Positions 41,472 to 52,500 of a stretch of DNA of 64,000 nucleotides are shown here, piece after piece. Made by a program: the position numbers and the translations under genes. The notes below the pieces were generated by a model, which was given only the letters and a program-made list of their open reading frames with translations, searched no databases and was not told the DNA's origin. This DNA is from Nannocystis bainbridge (GTDB taxonomy: Bacteria; Myxococcota_A; Polyangia; Nannocystales; Nannocystaceae). The stretch spans positions 2,272,001 to 2,336,000 of the forward strand of contig NZ_JAQNDL010000001.1 of assembly GCF_028368995.1 (NCBI RefSeq), written 5' to 3'. Numbering within the stretch: the stretch's first letter is position 1; every line of letters starts with the position of its first letter.

Positions 41472-42644
41472 ATGATCCGCAGCCTCCCCCTCCTCTCGCT
41501 CCTCGCAGTCGCTGCCCTCGCGCCCGCATGTGACAGCGACGGCCCCCCGCCCTGCCCGACCACCGCGGGCACCATCTGCACCTGGGCCGGCGACGGCGAG
41601 GCCGGCTTCAACGGCGACGACGAGCCGCTGGCCCAGGCCCGCCTCTATTGGCCGATCGATGTCACGATCACCAGGGGCGGCGAGTTCTACATCCTCGACT
41701 GGAACAACCATCAGGTCCGCCTCTTGACCGAGGAGGGCACCCTGAAGACGGTGATCGGCACCGACTTCGTCGGCGACGGTCCGTTCGACCTGTCCGACCT
41801 GATGGCGCCCGGGGCCGATGGCACCGAGATCAACCTCAACCATCCGACCCAGATGCTCGAGGAGGCCAGCGGCACGCTGCTGCTGATCTCGTGGCACAAC
41901 CACAAGATCCGCCGCTACGATCCCAAGACCGGCAAGGTGATCGTGATCTGCGGGCGCGGGGCCGGCTACGCGGGCGACGGCGGGCGGGTCGACGACCCGA
42001 TGGCGCGGCTCAACCAGCCCTCGGGCGGCGCGCTCGACGACGACGGCAACCTCTATCTGCTCGACCAGCGCAACCAGCGGATCCGCCTGCTCTCGGCCGA
42101 CGGGGCGATGCTCAGCACCGTCGCCGGCTCGGGCGAGATGGGCTACGGCGGCGACGGCGGCGGGCCGATGGCGGCCAAGTTCCACTTCCCGCCCGGCAGC
42201 AACCCGCCGCCCGCTGGCACTCTGGCGCGCGACGCCGAGGGTCGGCTCTACATCGCCGACACCTTGAACCACGCGATCCGCCGCATCGACTTCGCGGCCG
42301 ACACCATCGAGACGGTGGCCGGCACCGGCGAGGCCGGCTACGGCGGCGACGACGGCCCCGGCACCGCGGCCAAGCTCAACAACCCGCGCGACATCGAGAT
42401 CGGCCCCGACGGCCGGCTCTACATCGCCGACGAGCTCAACCACCGCGTCCGCGCCCTCGACCTCGAGTCGGGCGTCATCACCACCGTCGCCGGCAACGGC
42501 CGCGCCGAGTTCAGCGGCGACCGCGGCCCGGCCGTCGACGCTGGCCTCAATCGCCCGACCGGCGTCGCCTTCGACGCCGAAGGCACCCTCTACGTCAGCG
42601 ACAGCCACAACCACCGCGTCCGCACCGTGGTCCTCGGCAAGTAA
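41472..42644 (+). CDS. NHL-repeat lipoprotein
   Basis: Lipobox APAC; repeats TVAG.G..GYGGDGG, LN.P, LYIAD..NH. Confidence 0.9.
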   Translation: MIRSLPLLSLLAVAALAPACDSDGPPPCPTTAGTICTWAGDGEAGFNGDDEPLAQARLYWPIDVTITRGGEFYILDWNNHQVRLLTEEGTLKTVIGTDFVGDGPFDLSDLMAPGADGTEINLNHPTQMLEEASGTLLLISWHNHKIRRYDPKTGKVIVICGRGAGYAGDGGRVDDPMARLNQPSGGALDDDGNLYLLDQRNQRIRLLSADGAMLSTVAGSGEMGYGGDGGGPMAAKFHFPPGSNPPPAGTLARDAEGRLYIADTLNHAIRRIDFAADTIETVAGTGEAGYGGDDGPGTAAKLNNPRDIEIGPDGRLYIADELNHRVRALDLESGVITTVAGNGRAEFSGDRGPAVDAGLNRPTGVAFDAEGTLYVSDSHNHRVRTVVLGK

Positions 42645-42666
42645 CTTAGAACAGGAACTTAAAGCC

Positions 42667-43800
42667 ATGTCCATCAAGACCACCGCCACCCTGCTCTCGC
42701 TCGCGACCCTGTCCCTGGCGGCCAGCTTCGCCTGCGACCGCGACGAGCGCTGCCAGCCCGGCCCCGGCAAGATCTGCACCTACCTCGGCTCCGGCGAGGC
42801 CGGCCTCGGCGACGACGGCCTCGATCGCGAGGACACCCACCTCTATCTCCCGCAGGACCTCACCTTCGCCGGCGACGGCCTGGCCTACGTGCTCGACTGG
42901 AACAACCACCGCATCATCACGGTCGAGCCCGACGACACCGTGAAGCAGGTGGTCGGCACCGGCGAGCTCGGCGACGCGCCCGACGGTGACGCGCTGAGGA
43001 CCAACCTCAATCACCCGACCCACCTGAGCAACTCGCCCGACGGCAAGCTCATCATCTCTGCCTGGCACAACTCGAAGATCATCGAGTTCGACCCCAAGGC
43101 CGGCACCCTGACGACGATCTGCGGCAACGGCATGCGCAGCTACGGCGGCGACGGCGGCCCGGCCAAGGACGCGATCCTCGACCTGCCGGTGGCCACCGCG
43201 TTCGACGCCGCGGGCAACATGTACATCACCGATCAGGCCAACCAGCGGATCCGCAAGGTCGGCGTCGACAAGGTCATCGACACCTTCGTCGGCACCGGCA
43301 TGGCCGGCTTCAGCGGTGACGAGGGCCCGGCCGCGGCGGCCCAGATCAAGCTGCCCGGCGGGCAGTCGGCGCCGCCGGCCGGGCGCCTGGCGATCGACGG
43401 CGCGGGCACCATCTTCCTCGCCGACTCGGGCAACAACCGGATCCGCAAGATCGACCCGAGCGGCGTCATCACCACCTACGCCGGCAACGGCGATCCGACC
43501 TTCGGCGGCGACGGTGGCCCGGCGCTGAAGGCCTCGCTGTCGCGCCCCAGCGACATCGACCTCGACCCGGCCGGCAACCTCTACATCGCCGACACCGACA
43601 ACTCCTGCGTGCGCAAGGTCGACACCAAGGGCGTCATCACCACCGTCGCCGGCCAGTGCGGCAACCCGGGCTACGGCGGCGACGGCGGCCGGGCGGCCGC
43701 GGCCCTGCTCGACCGCCCCTACGGCATCGAGCTCGAGGACAACCTCCTCTACATCGCCGACACCCACAATCACCGGATCCGCGTCGTCGGCCTCGAGTGA
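42667..43800 (+). CDS. NHL-repeat lipoprotein, paralog of the preceding gene
   Basis: Lipobox SFAC; shares LDWNNH, NLNHPT, WHNxKI, P.G...PPAG with 41472..42644. Confidence 0.9.
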   Translation: MSIKTTATLLSLATLSLAASFACDRDERCQPGPGKICTYLGSGEAGLGDDGLDREDTHLYLPQDLTFAGDGLAYVLDWNNHRIITVEPDDTVKQVVGTGELGDAPDGDALRTNLNHPTHLSNSPDGKLIISAWHNSKIIEFDPKAGTLTTICGNGMRSYGGDGGPAKDAILDLPVATAFDAAGNMYITDQANQRIRKVGVDKVIDTFVGTGMAGFSGDEGPAAAAQIKLPGGQSAPPAGRLAIDGAGTIFLADSGNNRIRKIDPSGVITTYAGNGDPTFGGDGGPALKASLSRPSDIDLDPAGNLYIADTDNSCVRKVDTKGVITTVAGQCGNPGYGGDGGRAAAALLDRPYGIELEDNLLYIADTHNHRIRVVGLE

Positions 43801-44924
43801 TGCCTGTCCTTCGGGACATCCTCACCTTCGGGCTCGCGTTGCTGGTCCCGGGCCTGGCCTGGGCCGGCAACGTCGGCTTGCCGCGCACGCCGGTCCAGCA
43901 CCGGGGCGAGGCCTGCCTGACCCGGGTCGACCGCAGCGTCGACCCGGTCGTCCACCTCGAGTACACCGTCCCCTCGGTCGACATCTGCCTCACCCCGGAC
44001 GAGCCGACCGACAGCCGCACCCACCAGTTCGTCGCCTTTTGCCGCGACGCCCCGCCGGAGTCGATCCCGCACTGGCTGAGCCTCGCCGACGTGCAGGCCA
44101 ACATCGACTCCGGGTACTTCGACCCCGCCGAATTGAAGCCGGGGCAGGTCGTCGAGGACACCCCGTACTTCGCCGATTGCTGGTTCCCGATCACCGGCGC
44201 CGAGGAGCGGCGACCGATCACCTGCGCCGCCGCGCGACCGGGCGTCGACTGGGACACCTCCGCGCTCGCGCCCGGCGCCTACGTCGTCGCCGGCTACACC
44301 TACGAGCCAACGCTCAACGACTGGACGCCGCGCCGCGGGGTGTTTCGCGTCCACGACGGCGACCTCGACATCGCGCCGCCGGCCGCGGCGATCTTCACCA
44401 CCGCGGTCGACGTCTGGTACGGCGATCCCGTGCGGCTGACCGCGTGTGTCGACGCGATGGCCGGCTCGACGTGGAAGCTCGAGTACGCCGAGATGCCCGA
44501 CGAACCGCGGCTCGAGCTCGACTGGCAGCCGCTGGTCCCGGTGGGGCCGGTCGAGTCGACCGAGTTCGAGGTCGAGTTCGTGCTGGACGACGTGCACGCG
44601 GACGTGCGCCTGCACGTGCGGCTGGTGGTCGAGGACCCGGAGGGGCGCACGACCATCGCCCACATGCCGACGCCGGGCACAGTGCTGATGCGCAAGCAGA
44701 CCGGAGTGACCGGCAGCGGCGGCGACGAGCCGAACGACTTCGATTTCTGCCGCGACAACCCGGCCGCAGACGACCTGCCGGACTGCGGCAAGGGCAGCGG
44801 CGACGAGTCGTCCACCCCGCCCGACGCGCCGGGCGACGGCTGCGCCTGCGATGCCTCGAGCCCGGGCGGCTCGGCGCTGGCGCTGCTCGTGCTGCTCGCG
44901 TGCGGCCGTCGGCGCCGCCGCTGA
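43800..44924 (+). CDS. Secreted protein with MYXO-CTERM-like sorting tail
   Basis: ATG overlaps the upstream TGA; signal peptide; C-terminal GDGCAC..hydrophobic..RRRRR. Confidence 0.8.
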   Translation: MPVLRDILTFGLALLVPGLAWAGNVGLPRTPVQHRGEACLTRVDRSVDPVVHLEYTVPSVDICLTPDEPTDSRTHQFVAFCRDAPPESIPHWLSLADVQANIDSGYFDPAELKPGQVVEDTPYFADCWFPITGAEERRPITCAAARPGVDWDTSALAPGAYVVAGYTYEPTLNDWTPRRGVFRVHDGDLDIAPPAAAIFTTAVDVWYGDPVRLTACVDAMAGSTWKLEYAEMPDEPRLELDWQPLVPVGPVESTEFEVEFVLDDVHADVRLHVRLVVEDPEGRTTIAHMPTPGTVLMRKQTGVTGSGGDEPNDFDFCRDNPAADDLPDCGKGSGDESSTPPDAPGDGCACDASSPGGSALALLVLLACGRRRRR

Positions 44925-44968
44925 AGTCGCTCCCGTCTCCGCGACACGTGGGCCCGAGTTCGTCCCGA

Positions 44969-45051
44969 GGACATGCCTATCAAGACATGTCCTCATCGAC
45001 ATGTCTTCATTAACATGGCCTTATCGACATGTCCTTATCGACATGTCCTTG
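44969..45051. repeat. Tandem 14-bp repeat array (GACATGTCYTNATC-like), six units
   Basis: CATG at 44972, 44986, 45000, 45014, 45028, 45042. Confidence 0.92.
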
Positions 45052-45092
45052 GATCACGATCGCAGCTCGAGCAGCCCGACCCTCGTCACTGC

Positions 45093-45551
45093 TCAGCCGC
45101 CGAGCCCGCGCAGCGCGTCGTGAAGCCGCTCGAGCAGCAGCCCGAACGTGAACCACACCGGCGCATAGTCGAGCCGCACCAGCCCGTGGACGTGCCAGCG
45201 CGCGTAGCTGTAGTCCCACGGGCATCGGCCCGAAGCCGCGCGCAGCAGCCGGCCGAACGCGTACTCGACCGCGAAGATCGCCGTCGTCCACAGCGCCCCG
45301 CGGATCGGCCACCACCAGTCGCGGATCAGCTCGTGACACGGCTCGAAGGCCAGGCCGCCGAGCCCATACAGCGGGAACATCCACAGGTACGTATGCCCGG
45401 CCAGCTTCCACCGCTCAGGCCGCGTCATCGCCACGCGCACGCGTGGGTCGAGCGGGTCCTTGCGTGTACCGGTGACCAGCTCGTACGCGGCCGTCCACAC
45501 GATCTCCGCCGCCCAGCCGATCACCCCGTAGATCAGGAATCGCAGCAGCAC
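45093..45551 (-). CDS. Putative ABC-transporter permease-like membrane protein (CmpB/TMEM229-like)
   Basis: FLIYGVIGWAAE, YLWMFPLYG, EYAFG, CPWDYS, GLVRLDYAPVW. Confidence 0.8.
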   Translation of the reverse strand: MLLRFLIYGVIGWAAEIVWTAAYELVTGTRKDPLDPRVRVAMTRPERWKLAGHTYLWMFPLYGLGGLAFEPCHELIRDWWWPIRGALWTTAIFAVEYAFGRLLRAASGRCPWDYSYARWHVHGLVRLDYAPVWFTFGLLLERLHDALRGLGG

Positions 45552-47273
45552 CTAGCGCGCCGCTCCCACGGCGATGATGACGATCAGCGAGCCGACATCC
45601 TTGCCCTTGGCGACCTTGGCGATCCCGACCCCGACCGCCCCCGCGACCGCCTCGGACCACAGCTTGACGCCGTCGAGCGAGGCGAAGCTCGGCGCCAGCA
45701 CGCGGTGCGTCTCCACGCGAGCGAACTTCTGCTGCTCGACCCGCGCGTCGTACTGCTTGTTCGCGCGGCCCTCGTCGCCAGCCGCGATCCCGTCGGCGAA
45801 CCCCTGCGCCGCCTCCGACAGCCCGCGGTGCCATCCGATCGCGGCCAGGCCCTTCTGCTTGCGCAGCGCGTCGACGCGGTCGCGCAGCGCCTTTGGCATG
45901 TCGGAGGTGGGCGCGTCGGCGCCGACCTTCGAGTAGTAGTTCTGCGTCAGCAAGATCGGTCGCGGCGCGTCCTTGGCCTCGGTCTCGGGCGGAGCGATGA
46001 CGACGCCGATACCGACGTGGGTCACGTCGGTGGCGAGGATGTTGACGCGATGCCCGGGGCTCTGCATCAGCCCCTGGTGGATCGCCCACGGCCCGTAGCC
46101 GCGGGCCAAGTTCTCGCGCACCACCGCCGACTTCACGCTCGCGCGCGCGAAGCGGTCCTCGACGTCGCCGGTGGTCGGCGACGTGTGACCGACGAATCCG
46201 CTGCGCAGCATGTCCTCGCTGTGCGCCTGGGCCAGCGCCGCCGCCTGGTTGTCCCACTGCAGCAGCGGCAGCCCCTGGCGCGCGCGCGTGTCGTTGAGCG
46301 CGGCGAAGTTGGCCCGCGCGACCTCGCCGGCGTCGACGCTGGCGTCCAACCGCTCGACCTCGACGCGCAGCGCCCCCGGCGGGTCCTCGCCGCAGTACAG
46401 CGGGAAGTTGGCCACGACCTCCGGCCCGTATGTCCCTTCGGCCAGGACCTCGACCTGGTAGGCCCCGCGCCCGCGCTCGCAGGAGAACTGGCCGACGAAC
46501 TCGCCGCGCGAGATCTTGGCCGGGATCGGCGTCCACCGGCCCTGCGGGTCGAACACCTCGAACGACGGGTTCTGCCGCTTGCCGAGCAGGCGCCCGCGGA
46601 TCTCCGCGCGCCCGCCCGCCGGCAGCGCCTTGGCCATCGGCTCGATCGCCGCCCCACGCTCCGTCAGCGCCACCACCAGGCGGATCGTCCCGTCGGGCAA
46701 CGCCGTCACCCCGACGCCGAAGTACACCCCGCCGCGCGTCAGCTGGCGCACCGACTCGCGCGCCGCCTTGGCCAGCATCGCGATCGCCTCGCGGCAGCTC
46801 GGCCCGACCTGATCGCCGCACGGCGCCCCGTCGCGCGGCAGCTCGGAGATGGCCAGCCGCGGCGGCGGATCGAACAACCCGACCCACGACGTGATGCCGG
46901 TGATCAGCGCCCCCGGCACGTTGGTGCGGTCGGGCGCCGTACGGGCCAGCTCGCGCGCCGCGCGTGAAAGCCCCGGATCATGGCGCAGGCCGGCGCCGTT
47001 CATCGCCTCGACCAGCGCCGCCTCGGCCGCGATCAGCGGCTGCTCGACCGGGGTGCCGTAGCGCGGCGCCGCGGCGGTCGACAGCCGCACGTCCTCGACC
47101 GAGATGCTGATCCCGCGCACCCGCGGGGCCGAGGTCGCGCCGTCGGGCAGCACGCCGCCGGCCCCACCGCCGCCACCACCGCCGCCGCCACCCGGCGCGC
47201 CGGCGCAACCTGTCTGCACGAACATGCTCGAAAGGACAAGTCCGAACGCACATGTCTTCAAGTTCAGCATCAT
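45552..47273 (-). CDS. CAP (SCP) domain lipoprotein
   Basis: LNDTRARQGLPLL, AQAHSEDM, FVGHTSP, ENLA, MQSPGHRVNIL, HVGIG. Confidence 0.88.
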   Translation of the reverse strand: MMLNLKTCAFGLVLSSMFVQTGCAGAPGGGGGGGGGGAGGVLPDGATSAPRVRGISISVEDVRLSTAAAPRYGTPVEQPLIAAEAALVEAMNGAGLRHDPGLSRAARELARTAPDRTNVPGALITGITSWVGLFDPPPRLAISELPRDGAPCGDQVGPSCREAIAMLAKAARESVRQLTRGGVYFGVGVTALPDGTIRLVVALTERGAAIEPMAKALPAGGRAEIRGRLLGKRQNPSFEVFDPQGRWTPIPAKISRGEFVGQFSCERGRGAYQVEVLAEGTYGPEVVANFPLYCGEDPPGALRVEVERLDASVDAGEVARANFAALNDTRARQGLPLLQWDNQAAALAQAHSEDMLRSGFVGHTSPTTGDVEDRFARASVKSAVVRENLARGYGPWAIHQGLMQSPGHRVNILATDVTHVGIGVVIAPPETEAKDAPRPILLTQNYYSKVGADAPTSDMPKALRDRVDALRKQKGLAAIGWHRGLSEAAQGFADGIAAGDEGRANKQYDARVEQQKFARVETHRVLAPSFASLDGVKLWSEAVAGAVGVGIAKVAKGKDVGSLIVIIAVGAAR

Positions 47274-47277
47274 CGTC

Positions 47278-48531
47278 TCACTCGAGCCGCAGCACCGCCG
47301 CGTTGTCCCAGGCGTGGAAGTCGGGGGCGCGGGTCGGGCTCAGCGACAGGCCGACGGCCCGCTTGCGCCCGACCCGCTCGAGGCGGAACGCGTTGACCCG
47401 CAGCTGCATTCCCGCGCGCGGCGGGCAGGCCAGCTCGGTCTCGGCGCACAGCTCGTCCCACGGGATCGCCACCTCGACGACGAAGCCGTGGTCGCGGTCG
47501 CGCGGCCCGTCGACCGTGCCGCTGGCCTGCACCGCCGTGCGCCAGCGCGAGTCCCAAGCCTCGTCGCCGGCGCGGTAGCGCGGGAAGCGAGCGTCGAACG
47601 TCACCCCGCGCGCCGACACCTGATACTCGAGGTAACGCCGGCCCTCGTTGGTGGCCGCGACGAACAGCTCGAACGCCTCCTGCTTGTAGAGCGGATCGTC
47701 CTGCTGCGTGTACTCGGTCCAGAGATCGTCGTCGGGCACGTCGGCGGCGGCGTAGAGAAACTCGTCGTCCCATGCGAACGCGACCCGCGTGCCGAGCCCC
47801 GGCGACAGCGACCCGAGCGGCGTCACCTGCCCCCTCGTCGTCGCAGTCGGGTCGGGCTCGCCGTCGAGCGACAGCGTCAGCGGCACGCCGGTCTGGCCGC
47901 TCCATGTCGGCTCGTCGAGCACGCCGTCGACCGTGATCGCGCTGGCGCGCACCGCCCTGACCTGCATCGGCCCGCCCACCACTCGCACCGCCCCGAGGAT
48001 CGCCACGCCATCGGCCCGCCGCGGCCCCGCGACCGCGAAGTCGCCGACGAGCTCGGCGACGATCACCGCATGGCTCGCATGCCACGGCGACGCCAGCGGC
48101 AGCTCGACCACCACGTCCTCGAGCGGCCCCGCGAGCTCGACGAAGCGATCGCGCGGATCGTCGACCTGTCCCTTCGGCACGCTCGTCTGCCCGCGCGCCT
48201 CCTGCAGCCCCGCGATCTGCGGCGCGCGCAGCCCGACCTTGAGCCGCGCGCCGGCGCCGATGCCCGTCGCAGTGAAGCGCACCGTGATCGTCTCACCCGC
48301 GCGTGGGTCGGCCGGCGAGAGCTGACGCGCGCCGATCGTGGCCCCGCCGGCGAACCGCACGTCGCCGTCGAACCGCTGCCCGCCCTGCGGGTCGACGAAC
48401 TCGGCCGCGCGCAGCACCGGTTCGACCGCAGGCTCGGCCCGCTCCGCCGGCCCGCGCGGGTCGCCGCCGCACGCCGACGCCGCGACGAGATGTCCCCAAA
48501 GACAGCTCATCGCGAGGCCGGCCCGGCGCAT
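47278..48531 (-). CDS. Lipoprotein with C-terminal CBM9-like sugar-binding domain
   Basis: ITVDGVLDEPTW, WDDEFLY, AFELF, VEVAIPW, NAFR, PDFH. Start 48531 or 48510. Confidence 0.8.
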   Translation of the reverse strand: MRRAGLAMSCLWGHLVAASACGGDPRGPAERAEPAVEPVLRAAEFVDPQGGQRFDGDVRFAGGATIGARQLSPADPRAGETITVRFTATGIGAGARLKVGLRAPQIAGLQEARGQTSVPKGQVDDPRDRFVELAGPLEDVVVELPLASPWHASHAVIVAELVGDFAVAGPRRADGVAILGAVRVVGGPMQVRAVRASAITVDGVLDEPTWSGQTGVPLTLSLDGEPDPTATTRGQVTPLGSLSPGLGTRVAFAWDDEFLYAAADVPDDDLWTEYTQQDDPLYKQEAFELFVAATNEGRRYLEYQVSARGVTFDARFPRYRAGDEAWDSRWRTAVQASGTVDGPRDRDHGFVVEVAIPWDELCAETELACPPRAGMQLRVNAFRLERVGRKRAVGLSLSPTRAPDFHAWDNAAVLRLE

Positions 48532-48917
48532 CCGCGCTGACGAGACCACAACCGAGTCCGCCTTGGCAAGGCGAGCGGCGCGAACGCCCCGCCGCAACGC
48601 GGAGTGATTTCGCACGTCGGGCACCGTGCGCCCCGCAGGCGACAAAATCTCGCCGAACGGCCCCGGACTCCGCCGTCGCGGCACTCGGCGCAACGCCCCG
48701 GCGCGCGCGTCGCATCCCGGCCGCTCCGTCCCCGACCTTTTTTAAATGGGGCTTGATTCACATGTCCCAAAGGACAGCATCGAGGCCCGGCCTCGCCCAC
48801 ATTTTTTCTCATCGCTGCGAAACATCTGTCCCCGAGGACAGCCACGCCCGCCGCCCCGTCTGTGTAGCGATGGCAACGCCTTATCACGAGCGACTCGCCC
48901 CGCGGGCTCGCTCCGCT

Positions 48918-49523
48918 TCAGCGCGTCGACAGCGAGAACTCGCGCGTGGCCGGGACGTAGCTGCCGGCCACGTCCTCGGCGAGGCGGTGCTTGGGGCTGA
49001 TGCCCGGCCACTCGCAGCGATCGGCGCGCCGCAGCGGGTACGCGTTCGCGTAGCCCAGCCAGCTCGCCACCGCCAGGCAGTCCATGTCCTCGGGGACATG
49101 TCCGCGGATCTCGACGCAGCGACCGCCGCGGAACTGCAGCTGCAACGTCGGCTCGCCCGCCGGCGTGGCCCAGCCGCCCGCGAAGCGCAGCGCACCGAGC
49201 TCTTGCTCGATCTGCTTCTGCGTGCGACCCAGCCACTGTCCCGGCGGGCGCAGCGAGCTCGCGGGTGCGCTCGGCCCCGCCGCGGCGCCTTCTGTCTGCG
49301 CGGCCCCGGCTTGGCCCGCGACCTCGTCCGAGCCAGCGGCCGGCGTCCCATCCTGCGGATCGAGCGTCGTCGCTTCCTCACTCACCCCGGGCATCTCGGC
49401 CGCGACCTGCTCCGGACCCTGCGCCGGGCCTGTCCGCGAGGACATGTCCCTAGCGCCAGCACAACTGGCGAGCCCGCCGACCACCAGCCACGCGAGCAAG
49501 CGAACCATGCCGACCTCGCTCAC
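48918..49523 (-). CDS. Hypothetical lipoprotein
   Basis: Lipobox LASC; start overlaps the DUF5682 gene stop. Confidence 0.6.
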   Translation of the reverse strand: MSEVGMVRLLAWLVVGGLASCAGARDMSSRTGPAQGPEQVAAEMPGVSEEATTLDPQDGTPAAGSDEVAGQAGAAQTEGAAAGPSAPASSLRPPGQWLGRTQKQIEQELGALRFAGGWATPAGEPTLQLQFRGGRCVEIRGHVPEDMDCLAVASWLGYANAYPLRRADRCEWPGISPKHRLAEDVAGSYVPATREFSLSTR

Positions 49524-52500
49524 GCCAGCGCTTGCAAGCGCGCCGCCAGGGCCTGCAGCGCCTCGGGGTGAGCCGCCAGCAGCTGCGCCAGCGGTGTCTC
49601 GGCGACGCTCGCCGGCTCCGTCACCTCGCCTGCCGCTTCGCTCGCCTCACTCGCCGCTTCTGTCGCCTCGGTCGCCCCGGCCAGCGGCGCCCACGATCCT
49701 GCCACCCCGAGCAGCCCCGCCAGCGCGTCGAGCGTCGCCGGCTCGGCGCGCAGCAGCGTCGCCACGGCCAGCTCCGCGGGCGAGCGCTCGACCGCCGGCG
49801 CCCCGCTCGCCTTCGCGGCCGGCTTCGCCTCTCTCCTGGCCTTCGGGACAGGTGGAGCCGCCACCGGCGTGCTGCGGTCCCACGAAAATTCCCACGCCGG
49901 CAGCTTGTTCAGCTCGCGCGGGAACGCCAACCCCGCCTCCTTCACCAGCGTCTGCATCACCCCCGCCCCGAGCGGCCGCAGCGTCACCACCAGCTTCGGC
50001 AGCCACGGCACCAGCACCTCGTCGGGCAGGGCCGCGAACGCGCGGCTGAGGAACTCGACCGCGAGCCGGGAGATCCGCGGCGTGAACTCGAGCGCCAGCA
50101 GGAAGCCCGCCATGTACTCCGGGAACGCCGGCAGCAGCATCGGGCTGTGAAGCAGGTGCGAGAAGTCGGCGCGGATCTCGTCCTCGCTGCGCTGGCCGAG
50201 GATCCACTGCGCCGCCCAGCGCAGCGCGATCTTCGGCGGGTCCTCCGGCTCGGCCTGCGCCACCGCGATCAGCAGCTGGCTGCGCTCGCAGCCCATCGAG
50301 AACGCCAGCGCCTCCTGCGTGAAGATGAACGCCAGCATCGCCGCCAGCTGGCGCGGCGCCGTGCCGCGATCGACGAACGCCGCCGGCAGCAGCGTCGCGT
50401 AGTGGCGGTAGCCGGTGGACACGAAGTCCTTGATCCAATCCGGCATCCCCAGCGTGCGGTAGTAGTGCACCAGCCCGCGCACGCGCTGGAAGATCTCCGG
50501 CGCGTCGTTGCCCCCGAGCTCCGCCCGCAGCAGGTCCGTCGCGCGCAGCCCCAGCTCGCGCGTCAGACGCCCGCTGCGCAGGTACAGCACGCTGTCCTCG
50601 GTCGCCTCGAGCGCCTTCGCGGCCCGCGACGTCGACTCGAACGCCTTGGCCTTGAGCCGCTTCTCGAGCACCTGCTCGATCGTCAGCCCCTCGTAACCGA
50701 GCTGGATCAGCGAGCCCTGGTGCTTGCCGATCTCGATGTCCCACGACTCCTGCTTCGGCTTGTGACCGAGCGTGCGCTCGCCCATGATCGGCCGCACGCC
50801 CGCGCCCAGGTAGCGCAGCCGCCACAGCAGGTCCGACGCCGGCAACAATTCCGGTCGGCCCTGGATGTCGAGCAGCGCGCGTTCGATGCGGCTCGACTTG
50901 AGGTTGACGCCGAGCACCGCCAGCCGGTCGTAGACGTCCTGCGCCAGCGGCGGCAGCGACTCGTAGCCGACCCGACCCAGGCGGTCGCCGCCGAGCAAGA
51001 TCTGGCACAGCCGACGCACGTCGCGGCGACCGGGCACGCGATCCTTCTCGAGGCACGTCACCGCCGCGTCCTGGAAGTCGTACGGCGACGGGTGCGGCCG
51101 GTCGCGCAGCCGCGCCAGCAGCGTCGCCGTGTGCAGGATGGCGATCGTGTCGGCCGTCGACGCCACGTAGCCGTGCTTGCGCGCCAGGCGGACGATCTCG
51201 ATGCACCAGCGCATCAACTGCTCGTCGTCGGCGGTGACGAAGGTCGGCGGCCGGGTCAAGAACTCGCGCAGACCCGCGCCGCTCACCGCCGCCGGCACCA
51301 CCTCGACCGGCGCACTCGCAGCGCTCGGAGCCGCCGCCTTCTTGCGCACCGCCGGCTTGCCCTCGGCCTCGGCCTTCTTCTCGGCCTCGATCTTGAACGG
51401 CTTCAGCTCGAGCGCCTGCAGCCCCTTGTCCCACATCGACTGCGCGATCGAGATCTCGCCGGCCGGCAGCGTGAACTGGCGCTCGATCGCCGCGTAGCTC
51501 GAGGGCACCACCCCGTAGAACCACTGCGTCGGCGTCTTCGCCGGCACCGTCCAGCCGGCGCCCCGCGAGCCGAACTCGGCGATCGGCGAGACCGCGTGGA
51601 TCGCCCCGCACACGTACATCGCCTCGCGCGGGTCGATCTTGTGCGCCTTCATGTGCTCGCGGATCCGCGTCCACATGTAGCGCTCGCGCTCGCAGTCGGC
51701 GACGCGGTCCTTCTCGGTGATCCCGATCCGCCGCAGCAGCGACCCGACCAGGAAGAACACCTGGCGGTACGTCCCGTAGTCGCACGCCAGCGTCGGTCCC
51801 TCGACGTACTGCGTCCACCACTCGCTGTAGTGGCGCACCTTGGCGTTGCGCAGCAGCACGTCGAGGAAATCGCCGAAGGTCGGCTGCATGTCGCCGATCT
51901 GCAGCCCGACGGCGCCGCCGTGCAGGTTGCCGGTGTTGCCCGTGGCCTCGCCTTCGCCCTCGCCGGAGCTCTCCGCCGGCTCCGGCGCCTCGCCGCCGTC
52001 GTCGGCCTCGTCGCTGTCCTCGCCCGGCGGCGGCCCGCCCTTCGGCATCCACTGGAACACGTGGTCGACCGAGCGGTCGACGAACACCAGCTTGGTGCCC
52101 GGGTTCTGCAGGCAGTACGCGATCGCCTGGTACTCGGCCGAGAACTCCGTCAGCGGCAGCACCACGTTGAGCGGCGTCCAGTCGGCCGGGAACGCCGGCG
52201 CCTCGGGAGCGAACGCCTGCAGCGCCACCGGGAAGCGGCAGTGATGAAGACCCGCGAGCGATCCGTTCAGGTCCTCGCAGCCCTCCATGTAGATCACCTT
52301 CGGCGCCCGCGCTCGCAGCCGCCGCAGCATGTGCAGCGCCGACGACGGCGAGTGATGCTTGACCGGGAACACCTCGACCGGCTCGGCCGTCGCGCGCTGG
52401 ACATCCTCGATCATCGCGCGCAGCAGCGCCCCGAGGTGGGCGGAGTCGCCGGCGAACGCCGTCGCCGCCGCTTCGAGCTGCGTGCGCAGGGCCTGCAGCG

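Noticed and set aside
44969-45051. CRISPR or iteron array (also 60782-60856)
   Set aside because: The 14-bp units have no spacers and there is no rep gene; the motif is dispersed through the window.
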